Shown here one piece after another: positions 22,586-35,922 of a stretch of DNA of 64,000 nt. The translations under genes were made by a program, and so were the position numbers. The notes below the pieces were generated by a model, which had not been told where the DNA came from, did no database searches, and saw nothing but the letters and a program-made list of their open reading frames with translations. The stretch comes from Haliotis rubra (Eukaryota), in the NCBI RefSeq assembly GCF_003918875.1, contig NW_025767191.1, positions 2,914,001 to 2,978,000 on the forward strand. The letters are read 5' to 3'. Each line of letters begins with the position of its first letter. The stretch's first letter is position 1.

Positions 22586-25500
22586 ATGTACGTGATCATT
22601 ATAATGGCATCAGTGGCAATCTTCATCATCAGCACCTGCGGTTGCCTTGGACACGGATTATCACTCAGAGCTATGATCGTCGTTTCAGAGAAGAAAACAA
22701 CGTTTGTGGGTATGTAATGGTGTTGAAGAAACGTATTAATAAGTAGTTCAAGAATATAAACTGTACGAGGGGTATCACCAAGACGTATTCAGGGTAGAAA
22801 CTTTATTTTGATTTCTTGTCCTTAAGACTCATTTCTCCTAAAGTTGCTTGACCTTGCGCAGGGGACGGTTGGGTAGCCTAGTGGTTAAAGCGTTCGCTCG
22901 TCACGCCGAAGACCCGGGTTCGATTCCCCACATGGGTACAATGTGTGAAGCCCATGTCTGGTGTCCCCCGCCATGATATTGCTGGAATATTGCTAAAAAG
23001 CGGCGTAAAACCATACTCACTCACTGACCTTTCGCGGACCGCCTGAATAGAAGTCCACTGACTTCATGGAAATCAAACTCTTGAACGGTCCCATTGGTAT
23101 CGTCAAAACAGCGTCCACGAAGTTGACTCTTCATCTCAGGGAATAAGAAGAGATCACTTGGTGCAGGATCAGGTGAATAGGGTGGATGCGGCATGATTTG
23201 GAACCCACATCGTCTTGACTCCACTTCAGCTGCTTGACACGTGTGGGCTGGCGCGTTGTCAGCTAACAGGTGTACTCCCTTTGTTAGCATACCGCGATGT
23301 GTCTGTTTGATGGCGTCTCGTAACGTGCACAAAAGGTTGCAGTATTAAACTGCGGTGATGGTCTGACTTTTTGCAAGGTAGTCTGTCAGTATGACTACAC
23401 GACAGTCCCAAAAAACTGGCACCATAATCTTACCTGCATATTTTGCACCCTGGCCTTTTTCGGAAGGGGTAACGTGGCGTGCTTCCACTGTTTACGCATC
23501 TGTCTATCTTAACAATAGACCCAACTTTCGTCCATGGTTACAAGCCGACTGACGAAATCCTATTCATCCTGTTCCAGAAGCTCCAACTGTCGTGACAGTT
23601 TCCGTCGAGTGTCTTTGAAGAGGAGTCAGTAACCGAGGAACCCAGCGTCCAAAACCACTTCTTGGACATGTGCATTTGGTTATGGATGATCTTCCATGCA
23701 CTGCTATAACTCAGGCCGGTTTCATGCGTTATTATTTGCATGGTTACACGGCGATCTTCCTCACTTTCTTCACGGTGTCCATATCATCAGTCAGTGAGGG
23801 AAATCCACTTCTTGGCTCATCTGGCAGGGACATATGACTGGTTTTGAGTTTTGAAAATTCCTTTTCCATCTCACAACAGTACCATAAGATGGGCTATCTT
23901 CACCATAAACAGATTTCATCTCCTCTTGAATCTGTCGGGCAGTACATCCATTCAAGTGCAAAAACTTGATAACATTGCGCGCCTCAATTTTCTCCATGCT
24001 TGGAGTTACTCGTGTTTGGGATCAACTAGCACAGGGTTGAATAAAGTCAAGTAAATGGTTTTTGGTCCATTAACTAGATAAGGATCACTGATGTTGCCTT
24101 CACATTTTCATCACAATGGCGATAATTAGATTTTTTTTTTTATTCTTTCGTATTCAACGACTTAATCATCAGTGCTAACCAACTGTATGGGCACAAATTT
24201 CATTTAATTGCATAGACAACGCAAATAATTTTTAAGTGACCCCTGAATATACACACATTCTTACAGTATTATCTGACAATACAACACATATATGTTATTC
24301 TACAGTAAACCAGAGGATACCTTTAGACCTATGGTCAAGGTCTAGTAAAATATTCCTTGACTACAAAGCATTGAGGCAGGAACTATTTTATTTAAATCCT
24401 CAATACCAGTAAATAATTAGCCTCAGTAAATTAGATGTGGCGTAAGAGGTCAAATACTAGTGAAAATCAAATCAATGGACCACTTGACAGGTGTTAGCGA
24501 AAAGGCTAAACATGTCCTGCTTTCCAAGTAGCATCCGAGACTCAGACAATTATGAAAAAATAACAGCCCAGCAGTAGACAATTAAACTCACGGTGGGGAC
24601 ACCAGAAATGGGCGTCACACAGTGTACCCATGCGGGTAATCGAATGCTTTAAGCATTAGTCTACACCACCGCGACGTAAACAGCCAAGTTTTGCCCAGTC
24701 AATTCAAGGGCATTGTTGCAAATACTCCCTGACCATATAAAAGGTAAATACAGGCAATAAAGTAAGACTTACGAAACAAAGATTATTGAAAGGTCAATGA
24801 TAAAAGTATTATCTCACCATACATATACAATGACAATTTTAGGACTGTATATGTTGAATAAACACACTCAGTTAATAAACTGCTTACTTCCTTAACACAG
24901 AGTGAACAAATTAATTCAAAGAACATATAGGGGATAACTATTGGCCATTAATGAAATTGTTCAGCGGAAAGTGTATACGACATCCTCTGAACTGATGCGT
25001 TTAAACTAGCACAAAAGTAAAAAACGAAGAAGTAACTGTTGTATTCTGAAGCTGGTGGGATGAATCAGTAGTTGTTTCAAAGGACCTTTTAAGCGAAAAT
25101 ACATAAGTAAGAGCAAGTGCCGACGCAAAAAGATGCACTGTCCACTTCCACATCTGCTCTTTTGTTGCAGGTCTGTTTGCCCTAATGACTGTCGCCGACA
25201 TGGCTCTCCTTGCTTTGGGGACGGGTCTGCAGGTGTACGAGCTGGCCTCCCCCGAGGAGCACCATCTCCCAGGAGTTCACGCTGTCATGGATTATATAAG
25301 CAGTGTAGCTCTTGTCGCAACAGCTGGCCTTTCTATAGACAGGTGTGTACAACGAATCTGTGTACAGTTGTGGATATGTGAAGTGATGACTCAGATGGAA
25401 TGCCGCCTTAAACAACGTTTCATGTTTAATCATCATAATGCTAACCGAAAACCGGCTGATGTTTGCGACACCCGTTTACCATTTTGGTGCCACAAACAGT

Positions 25501-28500
25501 CTGTTGTATAGTGATAGGTGTCATAATCAACAAAGCGCTAAGATACGAGAGAGCAAGCTGGGCCCCTGGGCGAGAACGTTTAGTTTCGCTCAGAATTCAT
25601 GTTTTGGAGGTTGTAAATATGTGGTTAAAAATACATGAAAGTATCATGACACATAATTCAATTTAATTGAACTTCATTCAACTGTGATACAGTAATAATA
25701 TCTCAAGTGAAAACGTTTATGCGGATACTTGTCAATAATACGGATAGGGATACGTAAGACGGATCATGAGGTATGACTCCGGATGTATACGACCAGGTCA
25801 CCCGTGCGAGCCACACATCTGGTGGCCTTGGTATTTATTTTACCCTTAATGTCATGATCGGCGCGGAACATAACTCACTCACTACAAGGAGAAGCATTTA
25901 ATATGTTTTATATGGTACAATCATGATCCTGTCCTGCTACCAAACACAATATACTTTCTGCTCAAGTATTATCTGCATCGACATTTGCTACTAAGGGACA
26001 CGAATAGCCTAGTTCTCCAAATCGCTATGGGATGTATGCGAGGCACAAGTTTGAATCCCGGGTCATTCCGATTATGTTTGTATTTTTGACAGCAGTATAT
26101 GCCAAGGTCAAAAACGTCTGCCACGAGTGTGACTTCAGGCTTTGCCCGCTCATTAAGCTGCCACGCCGTGGTATTGTCCATTGCGGCTTTGAACCAAATT
26201 CACTCACTTACACTCTACGCGATGAACACGATATGCAGCTTGTTTTTCTGGCTGAAAAGCACATATGAAGCACATTTGATGTTTTAGTTATTTGGTGTGA
26301 TAGACAGATAGACAGACAGACAGATAGATAGATAGATAGATGGGTGTGAGTGTGTGTGTGCGTGTATGTGTGTGTACGTGGGGGTTGGGGTGTCAATGTG
26401 TTGTATAAACTTAGGTTTTTTTGTCACTTGATATTCCAGGTACTTGGCCGTGAAGACACACACTCACTTTCAGATGTGGGACAAACCTGTTACCATGCGC
26501 ATCATCATTTTCATCGTCGTGACTGTCTCCTGTGAGTATACATAAAGCCCTGCTAATGTGCACAGTATATTTGGCACTATATACATAAACATCAACAACT
26601 CTCCAGATTAGTTATGGGATACTGCATCTATTACCAACATTTATCAGTATCCGAATTTCGGATTCACGGGATCTGGTCTGTCTGGTTTGTGGTGTTGTAT
26701 TATGTATTGACGAGATGTGAAGGATGGCCCGTTTCCAGTTTTACTTGGGTTCTAGACAGCGTGTCATACCCAGGTTTAATGTCAAGCTACTAGAATCAAC
26801 CTGATCACAGGCACATATACAAGGTGTTACTCGAAAGATCTCTTAGATATAAATAATGAAACTGTTTTTGTGTGAATATAGTAATGTCTATGCATTGAAA
26901 CCCCTGAAGATCCGGATTAGAACTGGTCTTCAGCAACCCTGTCATAAAAGGCGACTAACGGGATCGGGTGGTCAGGTTCGCCGACTTGGTTGAAACACGT
27001 CATCGGTTCCCAATGGTATAGATCGATCCTCATGCTGTTAATCACTGGATTGTCTTGTCCAGATTCAATAATTTACAGACCGCCGTCATATGACTGGAAT
27101 ATTGCGGCGTTAAACAACAAACCACCCATCTTAATCTTGACAAGATATGTATTCATTATTGCTAACATTGAATGAGATCGACCAAACCATTTCCACAGAT
27201 GATTGCATGTTCCAGTCTACCATTTTCACTCTTCTTCCTAATAGGTGTGACAACTCCGTGGACCTCTCACTTCACCTCCGATCCGATGTGTGCTGCCAGT
27301 AAAACTGTAGTGGCAAGTAATGCCTTCACCTTCCTGACATCCATGACGCTGGTTGCAACAACGGTTGGAGTAACCTGCAGCCTCAGCAGATGGATTCTAA
27401 AGATGGGAACTAGAGTGGCTGCTGTGGAAGCACGTCCTCAACAGAATACCTACAATGACAAGAAGAACGAAATGAGTTCAGCTATGGCAATACGTTGGGT
27501 AATCCTGGTGGAAGTTCTGTCATTCGCATGCCTCGCCTCCATCTCATTCATTGGTCTGATTCATGACAAGAAATGTGCTTCCACTGTGTCAAGTCAATGG
27601 TGGTATCGCTTATTGCAGGCCATCCCGAAGGGTTTGAAACCATTCCTTCTCATGTTTGTAAGCAGATTTTTGAGACAATCTGTCTTTACCAGTGATACGA
27701 ACCACAACGCAAGACACAACACAGACCGACGTGAATCCATTTTCGGTAGTCTCGAAGAGAGCTCTGATCACATTGAATCCTCCTCTGGTCATCTAAATGG
27801 CACTAGTGGCCAAGAAATGTGTCCAGTTACAAATTCAAATATCAGTCACAAAAGCAATAATCGAAGTCAACTCAAAGCGGTAGCTACCATTCAAGGAAGG
27901 CCCTACCCATTCACAAGTCAAAAACCAGTTGCAGCTCGGCGTGTGACAAGAGCTTCGGTTTCTCAAATTCCTAACATAGATGATAGGAATCCTACACATA
28001 TCGACACAACATACAAACCTACCTTCAGTTTGTACGAACTTCACCTACTACCAACACAGGACCCAATACAAGCGCTAGTGGATCGCCCTACAAGCCGAAA
28101 TGAGCAAATATCAGAAAGATTCACTTGTGATTTTCAATTCAATTGTGCCAACTCTTGTCCTGATTTAAATGCAGCTGTGTCTAATGACGATTTTAGTAAC
28201 CAATTGCCCACTGCTAGAGAAAGAGCTCAAACCTTTACAGCTTCCCAATCTCCTGGGCCAGTTTCGGGACATAAACCTCTTACCGAACCTCTGCTAGATC
28301 CAAATAATTGGAGCACATCCAGTCGGAATCTTGAAGTAGAAAAGCATGAAAGGGATATGAATGAATCAAGCGACTGCATTCCAACAACCTGCAATGACCT
28401 ACGGGGTGCAACCTCTCCACAACGCTGGGATTCAATGTGCAATCTAGCTAGAAAGACCTACAGTTTACCATTAGTACATTTAACTGATATCAAGGAAAAT

Positions 28501-29310
28501 GATCCTACTAGCCATATTTGTGAAAGGGATGTAGACAATTCTCGCGAAAGTCCTATAAACCAGAGCATCTCTGGTATTCTCTTGATTGATGACAAAAACG
28601 TATCCACTCAGGTTTTGAAAGATGTCACAGTTTCGCCCACTCTTCAACCTGAGGAACACAGTGAAAAGACACAAGGCGTCATTACTGACAACGAAGTACC
28701 GATGTTCGACACTCCATGGTACAGTGACAACTTTGAGGCAAGAAAAGCATCCAAGAAAACTTTTATGAATTTGTCCAATAGTATAAACTGCGATTCCGTA
28801 TTTGACATGAAGAAGAATGAGCACAAAGAGTCTATAAAGGGATTTCGCAGAAGAACCATTTGTAGCAAATACTCTCTGGGACAGGGAGCTGTTGATATGA
28901 AGACAACACATAAGAGACAGCGCCATCCCTCTGCACCTTCAACATATGGTGACGAGTCCAATGAATCATGCCTAAAGGGCCCATCGCGGATCCCGAGTTT
29001 CGATTCGTTCAGACCAACACTAAAATTCCCGGGTGGATCAGATTGTCCTCCAGAGTTAAAACTTGCATTTTACTATCCTCAGCCTTCCTGTCGACACTCG
29101 AGTCTGAAGACGGAGGGCAGAGAATCAGAGTCAAAATTGTCAACAACTACTTTTGCTGGTACCTGTCCTGACGAGAATGTTTCTCCGACAAAGTGTATCG
29201 ATACACTTAGCTCTCTCTCCTCGCCACAGACCTCTCCAACACGAAAATTCAGTATGTCAGTATACGATCGAGACAGTCATGTGTACCTTGGTCCCTATGA
29301 ATTACCGTAA
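22586..29310 (+). CDS. Divergent class-A (rhodopsin-like) GPCR with long C-terminal tail, ~817 aa; exons 22586-22709, 25171-25342, 26440-26531, 27245-29310
   Basis: In-phase GT-AG splicing gives TM1 (VAIFIISTCGCLGH), TM2 (LMTVADMALL), TM3 ending LSIDRYLAV, TM4 (IIIFIVVTVSCVTTPW), TM5, TM6 (WVILVEVLSFACL) and TM7 (GLKPFLLMFVSRFLR), then ~540 hydrophilic residues with no stop. The start codon is the least certain part. Confidence 0.78.
22765..24250 (-). mobile_element. Mariner-family transposon, decayed, in GPCR intron 1
   Basis: MEKIEARNVIKFLHL...SPSYGTVVRWKRNF; LLADNAPAH...HPPYSPDPAPSDLFLF; frameshifts; interrupted by a SINE. Ends approximate. Confidence 0.85.
22860..23024 (+). mobile_element. 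SINE family A, full length, inserted in the mariner
   Basis: Complete head to (ACTC)n tail. Confidence 0.92.
24590..24672 (-). mobile_element. SINE family A fragment
   Basis: GGGGACACCAGAAATGGGC...TGTACCCATG. Confidence 0.7.
26299..26376 (+). repeat. Compound (GATA/GACA)n + (GT)n microsatellite
   Basis: Seen directly, just upstream of GPCR exon 3. Confidence 0.85.
26900..27127 (+). mobile_element. SINE family B
   Basis: GAAGATCCGGATTAGAACTGGTCTTCAGCAACCC...GGCGTTAAACAACAAACC. Confidence 0.85.
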
Positions 29311-29453
29311 ATAGACAATACTTAGTGACCCTTCTTTGTGTACTGAAATTGTTACTGTTTTCTAACAGCCAATGTTCTGCCTGTTCCAGCCTTTAGTGTC
29401 TGCATCGCACAATGTTGGTGTACAAATGAACGTGCTCTTTCCTCATATTTTAA

Positions 29454-32189
29454 AGAACAAATAAACTTTGGTTTTTTTTACTCTTTTAACTATAACATAT
29501 GACAGATTTGTGGTCAGTCTTATGTGGAACACCAAATTCATTCTATAAAAACTTGTGGTTAATTAGTACCGAGCGATTAAAAGTTGCCAAAAAGTCGCCT
29601 GCTTCACTCTCGCCCGCCAACGAAACCACAGACAGGTTACGTAACTCTGTCGCCAGAGCACTGCAGTGACGTCATATGAGGAAGGATTTTCAGTTAGTTG
29701 TATGGAAAGTGTGTAGCAAGCTCGTCATTTTGATGATTTCTCGACACCAACGAAGACATGCCAAATCGTTGCGTTGTCGTCAATTGCTCCTAGATGTCGG
29801 GCGATGGTGTCGCCATGCACAGATTTCCACAGGACCCCGCAGTTCGTGCAAAATGGGTTATGTTTGTGAGTGCGAAGCGAGCGTTGTGGAAGCCTGAAAC
29901 GATATCTTACTTGTGTTCAGATCGCTTCACGGTAGCTTAAGAAGCAAAAGTACTTACTAGTCGTAGTAAAATATGTATATGATTGATGACCATAAAGATT
30001 TTCCATAACACAACTTGTAACATAACGATTTCTTCCTGGGAAGCGAGGTTGAAGTAACAATAATATTGTAAGTAGTATTATATTGACACCCACCTCGCTT
30101 CCACGAGAGAAATTGTTATGTTATACGATATGTCATCCAAAATCCTATTGGCCATCAATCAAATACATATTTTACTACCAGTAGAAAGTAGTTTTGATTT
30201 TGTAACTCGGTGAAAACAAACCTAAATAGCATTTATCCTCAGACTGGCGGATGTTCGCGACAGGGCGCCGCCATTTTTGAAAATCGTGGAGTCATGGGCT
30301 AAAGTCTGTTAGAATTAATGAGATTATGGTTTGTTTTCATCAAGTTAGAAAATCAAAACTACTTTCTACTCGTAGTTAAATATGTATTTGAATCATAACC
30401 AAAAGCATTTTGCATGACACAACTTATAACATAACGATTTCTTCCAAGGAAGCGAGGTGGGGGGTCGAAGTGACAATACTGCCTAATAATTTTCTGGCTA
30501 CATTCACGTGGTTAACGTGCACTCACCAGTATGTAGATACTAGTCAATGTACGTCTTTATATTTGGTCTTATAATCCTAATTAGTTTATTATCATACGTG
30601 TATGCATTTTGAAACTAAATAAAAAGCAGACGATCTGCTGATACTTATAGTGCATTTATAACAGGACTAATATCTAGACATTTTATAGTTTGCCAATGTG
30701 AATCATAATTCGCACACACGCCCTAGTGTATGTCTCATTACACTTCACGGCGAAAACAACGATTCTGTTGAATACTACGACAAATGAATAAAAACAAAAT
30801 GCAAATATTAAAATTAAAACAGATTAAATTTATAGGAACAATGTCAGGCTATTACCTTGTTCGAGGAATGTATCCATCAATATCCACAAAAACGAGGGAT
30901 ATGCAGCTGTTCCAAGAAATGTGTCTTTTAACAGTCTAGTATACGAAAAAGTGATATATCGTTTCAGGTATGTCACATTGGTGTATAGTCTCATTGGTCA
31001 CCCAAGATAGCACACCTGGCAACTGATTGCATAATGTCCGCCATTCTTTAAAAACGGTAATTTAGTTAGCCAATAATGAGCAATCAATCACTGTATTGGC
31101 GGGTAATCCTTTGAAGGAAGGACGTTGTTTTTACGCAGACACAGACACGACAGAGTGTATTCAGTATAAATTAGTAAATCTACATACATAAACACTACCT
31201 TTTGACAAATCCGCTGTGTAAGATAAAAGTAATTAATCAATCAGCGTGTTATCAGTTAATCCTTTGATCGATGTTTATAATGTTGAATATTTACTCCAGA
31301 CACAAGAAATGCCAAATGGGAACCTTTGTCGGGTAATCTAAGTGGTGTTACCACTAATTATACCTGTTATAAATTCATTAACTGACCATCAAGTGAATGA
31401 TGACAAATAACAACGAGGTTACAACGAGGGAGTATTAATTGCTGTATTGCATGCAGTTTTAATTGCATGTGAAAACTTATGGGCCGACACTGTTTTGAGA
31501 ATACAAACAGAACTTCATTGTTGTATAAGAAATACATATAAGCATTTGCTGTGTGCTAAAACTGTATGTACCTATTTACCTAAGTAAAATTTCAGATTCT
31601 TCTAGCAATGGCAAAATAGGGTTGTTTAGTTTACCGATTCAAATATATCAAATGTCAATTTTTAATATCATACGTAATAGACGTCATAGTTTTACATGAC
31701 ATGATTAAACATCGAGGTGAAAAACACAGAAATGGGATCAATTTGGATCAGTCATTATACAAATAAGGCCTAACGACACCAAGCGATTTTGACAGAATCG
31801 TCTATGAAAACAAGTTGTAACTCGGAAACTAGGCAAAGCAAGAGACAAAATTATATGACAGTAGATTGTGAGAACATATAGCTTTCATTTTCCACAACAG
31901 TTGTCACGATTTCAGGTTTATATAAACCTGTAAACAAGATAATTTACCCCCTAAAATGTAGATGAATTCTGCATCGGCCCTCATATCTATTCCTCATATG
32001 ACGTCACAGAGATGCCCCGCTCTGATTAATTGAAATTTCGTTCGCGGGTGAGAATTGTGCACTGTTGTCAAAAAGGTCGATTTAAGTTGATTAAAGATCG
32101 AAGTGAGTAGTTTTAATGACGGGGTTTAATTTATAGGGATGCCAGTTAGTGATTTATGTATTTGTACCCCCCTAGAGTATATGTGATCT
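29454..32189. mobile_element. Kolobok-like non-autonomous DNA transposon with THAP remnant
   Basis: TTAA on both sides (29450-3, 32190-3); imperfect TIRs AGAACAAATAAAC / GTATATGTGATCT (10/13 match); subterminal inverted GTGACGTCATATGAGGAA (~29666 / ~31990); empty-site paralogue at ~33770-33790. Confidence 0.75.
29758..29930 (+). pseudogene. THAP domain remnant
   Basis: MPNRCVVVNCS*MSGDGVAMHRFPQDPAVRAKWVMFV...WKP...YLCSDRF. Confidence 0.8.
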
Positions 32190-33486
32190 TTAAGGAGCAC
32201 CATACGGATCTTGCTCAAAAGTTGTTTGATAAGGGTTACAACACACAAAGCTGGAGGATTTGAAAGGTTGGATGGATCAATGGTCCATAGTTTACGTCCG
32301 AGCGAACTCACGTGAGAACAACACTTTCCAACGAAGGCCCAAACTCAGTCAGGAAACCCCAAAAGGACCATGGATCAACCACCAGGAACGCTGCAGAAGC
32401 CACAAACCTCCATGAATGTAAAAAAAGTGATGAATCTTCATCCACACCTTCAGATCCAACATTGCGGGGCGAACTGGCCGCATGTCTATGGGTGGCTGAC
32501 AACGAAGCACAGGATATCACACTTCAATGCCTTTATGAAGTCTAATAAAGAACATTCAAGTTAGACTGAACATCTAAACATTCGTTAGAATTCGTTCATA
32601 CATTGTACAAGGATGCCTTAACTGAAACAAAAGCAGTTCGAATGTGGGTCGGCTACACAATTCCGACTGCACAGTCGTGATCCTTCACAAACGTGTGAAG
32701 GCGAGTGAGAATTGTTCATGGTTATGATGAAAAAAAAAGATGACATAAAGTTCATTTTTTCAAAATGTTCAGTGATCTCTATATATAATCTTTTCGCCGC
32801 TATTTGATCGTTTGTGGCCAGTGGAATGAGTTTCGATGGATATTATCTTGCTTTGACATTTTATATATTAACGGGGGAAAACAAACTGCTTCATATCAAG
32901 TGATGTAAGTACTGATCAATTTAAAATGGCAATTAAACATCATAACAAAACCCATACCAGGATACTGATCTCATCCAAAGCATACTTCGAGGAAGAGGTA
33001 TGGAGTAACAGTCGACCATAGCAGTGCAGCAATGTTATGTTGCCCTAAAACATCGGCCACTAGCTGTTGCAACGTCCCCTTATTTGCAAAAAGGGTCAGA
33101 TAATGATATTGAACGATGTCATGCGCCATTTTGGTATGGTGCCACCACCATCGCACATCCAATCCAAAACCTACGAAGTTGACAAACTCAGCTTGGGTGC
33201 CTATGGACAATTGTAAAACTGGGTGGGTGTATAAATTCCGTAGATGCACCAACAAAATATGGTTGTCTTCTTGACCGACGTTACATGTGGACGACTGGAC
33301 CGTGGTGAGACGTGCAGGCTGTCCTGCTGGAGATAACTTTTCCCAAAAATGATATAGTGTTTCGATGACTGGATTACACTTTCTCAGTAAAGTAAAGATA
33401 CTATTTAACTAGTACTCTTGTTTGCAACCCCAATAAGACGAAGGCGAAAACGTCTGATTTAGTGTTAGACCAAACCAGTACATGAC

Positions 33487-33862
33487 TCTCCGACAAAGTG
33501 TACCGATACACTTAGCTCTCTCTCTCCTCGCCACAGACCTCTCCAACACGAAAACTCAGTATGTCAGTATATCACCGAGACAGTCATGTGTACCTTGGTC
33601 CCTATGAATTACCGTAAATAGACAATACTTAGTGACCCTTCTTTGTGTACTGAAATTGTTACTGTTTTCTAACAGCTCGTTCCCCATGTCAAAAAATGTT
33701 CTGCCTGTTCCAGCCTTTAGTGCCTGCATCACACAATGTTTGATGTACAATTGAACGTTCCCTTTCTCCTCATATTTTAAAGAGCACCATGGGAATCTTT
33801 CTCAAAAGTTGTTTGACAAGGGCTACTGCACTCAAAGCCGGAGTATAGATTTGAAAGGTTAG
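33487..33862 (+). pseudogene. Duplicated fragment of the GPCR 3' coding end and 3' flank
   Basis: Closely matches 29182-29453 joined to 32194-32272; carries small indels. Confidence 0.9.
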
Positions 33863-34472
33863 GGGATACATAGAAATACATAGAAGATATTCTTATTAAT
33901 GAAGCTCAAAGTCATAAACATTTAGGAATTACACTTCAAGAGAACATTCAGGGAAAATCCAAATCAACAAAAATTATCAGATAAGAAAGTCCAATGATCA
34001 ACTGCTCTTTAAGTACAGACTGACCAGAATCCTCTTGATACTATGTTTTGTGTCTTAATCCTGCCTAACATCGACTACTGTTGTCATATCAGGGACAACT
34101 GTACCAACGAACAATCATTATTATTCGAGAATTTGTATTTGGACACCCTGAGAATTATTTGTGGGGCGGTTCGTGGTAGTAGCCATGTCAATATATACAA
34201 AGAAATACATTTTCAACCTTTAAAAGAACGAAAGACATCGTTTCAAATTGATTACATTTTACAAAATGAGAAAAGGTATTTCACCTATAGTCCGTTTGGC
34301 TCAAAAGCGGACCGATGAATTGCAATCTAACTCGAAAACTAATAAACATAAAATACTCAATGAAACGCTGATCATAATCGAAACATCATACCAACTCTGT
34401 GATTTATTTGCAGAATTTGTGTCCCAAAAATAAAAAAGTTGTTTAACTAACTGTCATTAAAATATTGACACA

Positions 34473-34645
34473 GTTCACTGTTTGTTACGAGGGAGGAGTG
34501 CAGAGAAAGGGACAGTCAGGTGTTCGAGAAGCACGTTCACAGACAAAGTTATTTATTCATTAACAAGTGCTGTGCCGTCTCCATCCGTTCGCGAACACCT
34601 GGCTGTCCCTTTCTCTGCACTCCTCCCTCGTAACAAACAGTGAAC
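34473..34645. mobile_element. MITE-like hairpin with 58-bp arms
   Basis: 34473-34530 and 34588-34645 are reverse complements with 2 mismatches. Confidence 0.8.
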
Positions 34646-34812
34646 CCGTACCAACTCACGTCTCTAAAAATAGCAATGATAATCTTAGCAATAGATCAAA
34701 CTTACAGACAGTCAAATGAAGAACCCAGTCTTATGCCAGATCGTTTCTTCCGGCCACGATCAACTAAATCTACTTGATGAAGTAACTAATGTACGCTCAT
34801 AAAAAAAGTTAT

Positions 34813-34886
34813 GCCCATTCTGGTGTTCCCCACCGTGATATTGCTGGAATATTGCTAAAAGCGGCGTAAAACTTAACTCACTCACT
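34813..34886 (+). mobile_element. SINE family A, 3' half
   Basis: GCCCATTCTGGTGTTCCCC...GCGGCGTAAAACTTAACTCACTCACT. Confidence 0.8.
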
Positions 34887-35745
34887 AATTAAAAAGTATA
34901 TATCTTTATTAATCGTTTTGATAGAATTATGAATAGACCAGACTTACATTATGTTTCTAGATTCCGCCAAATTTTCCACTGTCGCCTCAGACTCGGCTGC
35001 ACCGACTTAACCCTGATAAAACGGTTTAGACGTCAGGTATCAGATATCCCCGTCTGCACATGTGGATATCGATTTGAGGATACAACAGTTACTCACATTT
35101 TTTTTAACTACCACAAATACAATATGATAGTTCCACAAACACGGGCATCCTTAAATCAGTTCACGACTTTATCGTCAAAAGCAAGTCATTTGAGCACTTT
35201 TAAATTCATGTAGAAAGGATACCAGCATTCTTATATTTTTCCACAGACACCACTTACTTCAAAATACTGGCTTTATATATTCCATTTGTACAATTGTACA
35301 TTATGTTTTGAACTATTTTGTACAACGTATACTAACCAACCGTGTTAACATTAGCACGTTTTGCTCTTTTTACCGATCCAGATTGCTTTCGAAATAAAAA
35401 TATGATTAAACCATATACAGCTGGGCATATATTTGTACCCAAATCATGTAAGACCGGGATTAATGTAGCATGATAATCACATGATACCATGTCGTAAATT
35501 GCAAAACACACATAAACAAACGTGGACGCACTTCGTAAAGTGGGACACAATTGTGCATATTTTGCAAGGCTGGTAAGTAAAATTCGCTGTCGTGGACGTA
35601 TTAATGTAGTATATTTTTTGTTTTACGGAAATGTTGTCCGATAAGCGAGGTGTCCGAATATCTAGCGGGGTTGAACTTTGTAAATAGAAAAGTGGGGTCG
35701 TAACGACCTACTGACATCTATGTAAATACTAACATATGGATCAGC

Positions 35746-35922
35746 CCGAAGTTAGCAGCGGGTTCGATTTTCGTGATTCGTTTTTCGAACGGTGCTGGTT
35801 AGCTTATATCTTATATTTTATGTTTTTATAGAACTGATGGGCATAGAATGAATAACGAACCCACTGCCAGCACGTTATTCCTTATTCGAAACCCGAATAA
35901 AGAACCCGCTGCTAACTACAGG
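35746..35922. mobile_element. Small MITE-like element
   Basis: Inverted GTTAGCAGCGGGTTC (35751) / GAACCCGCTGCTAAC (~35902). Confidence 0.6.

Larger units (their letters stand above)
33880..35200 (+). mobile_element. CR1/L2-like LINE ORF2 3' remnant, interrupted by a MITE and a SINE piece
   Basis: HKHLGITL; ILPNIDYC...LRIICGAVRGSSH..IYKE; QIFHCRLRLGCTDL...CTCG...HIFF. Confidence 0.75.

Noticed and set aside
27172-29310. Standalone 712-aa single-exon protein
   Set aside because: Its first 24 codons are intronic (polypyrimidine tract and AG at 27243-4); it is exon 4 of the GPCR.
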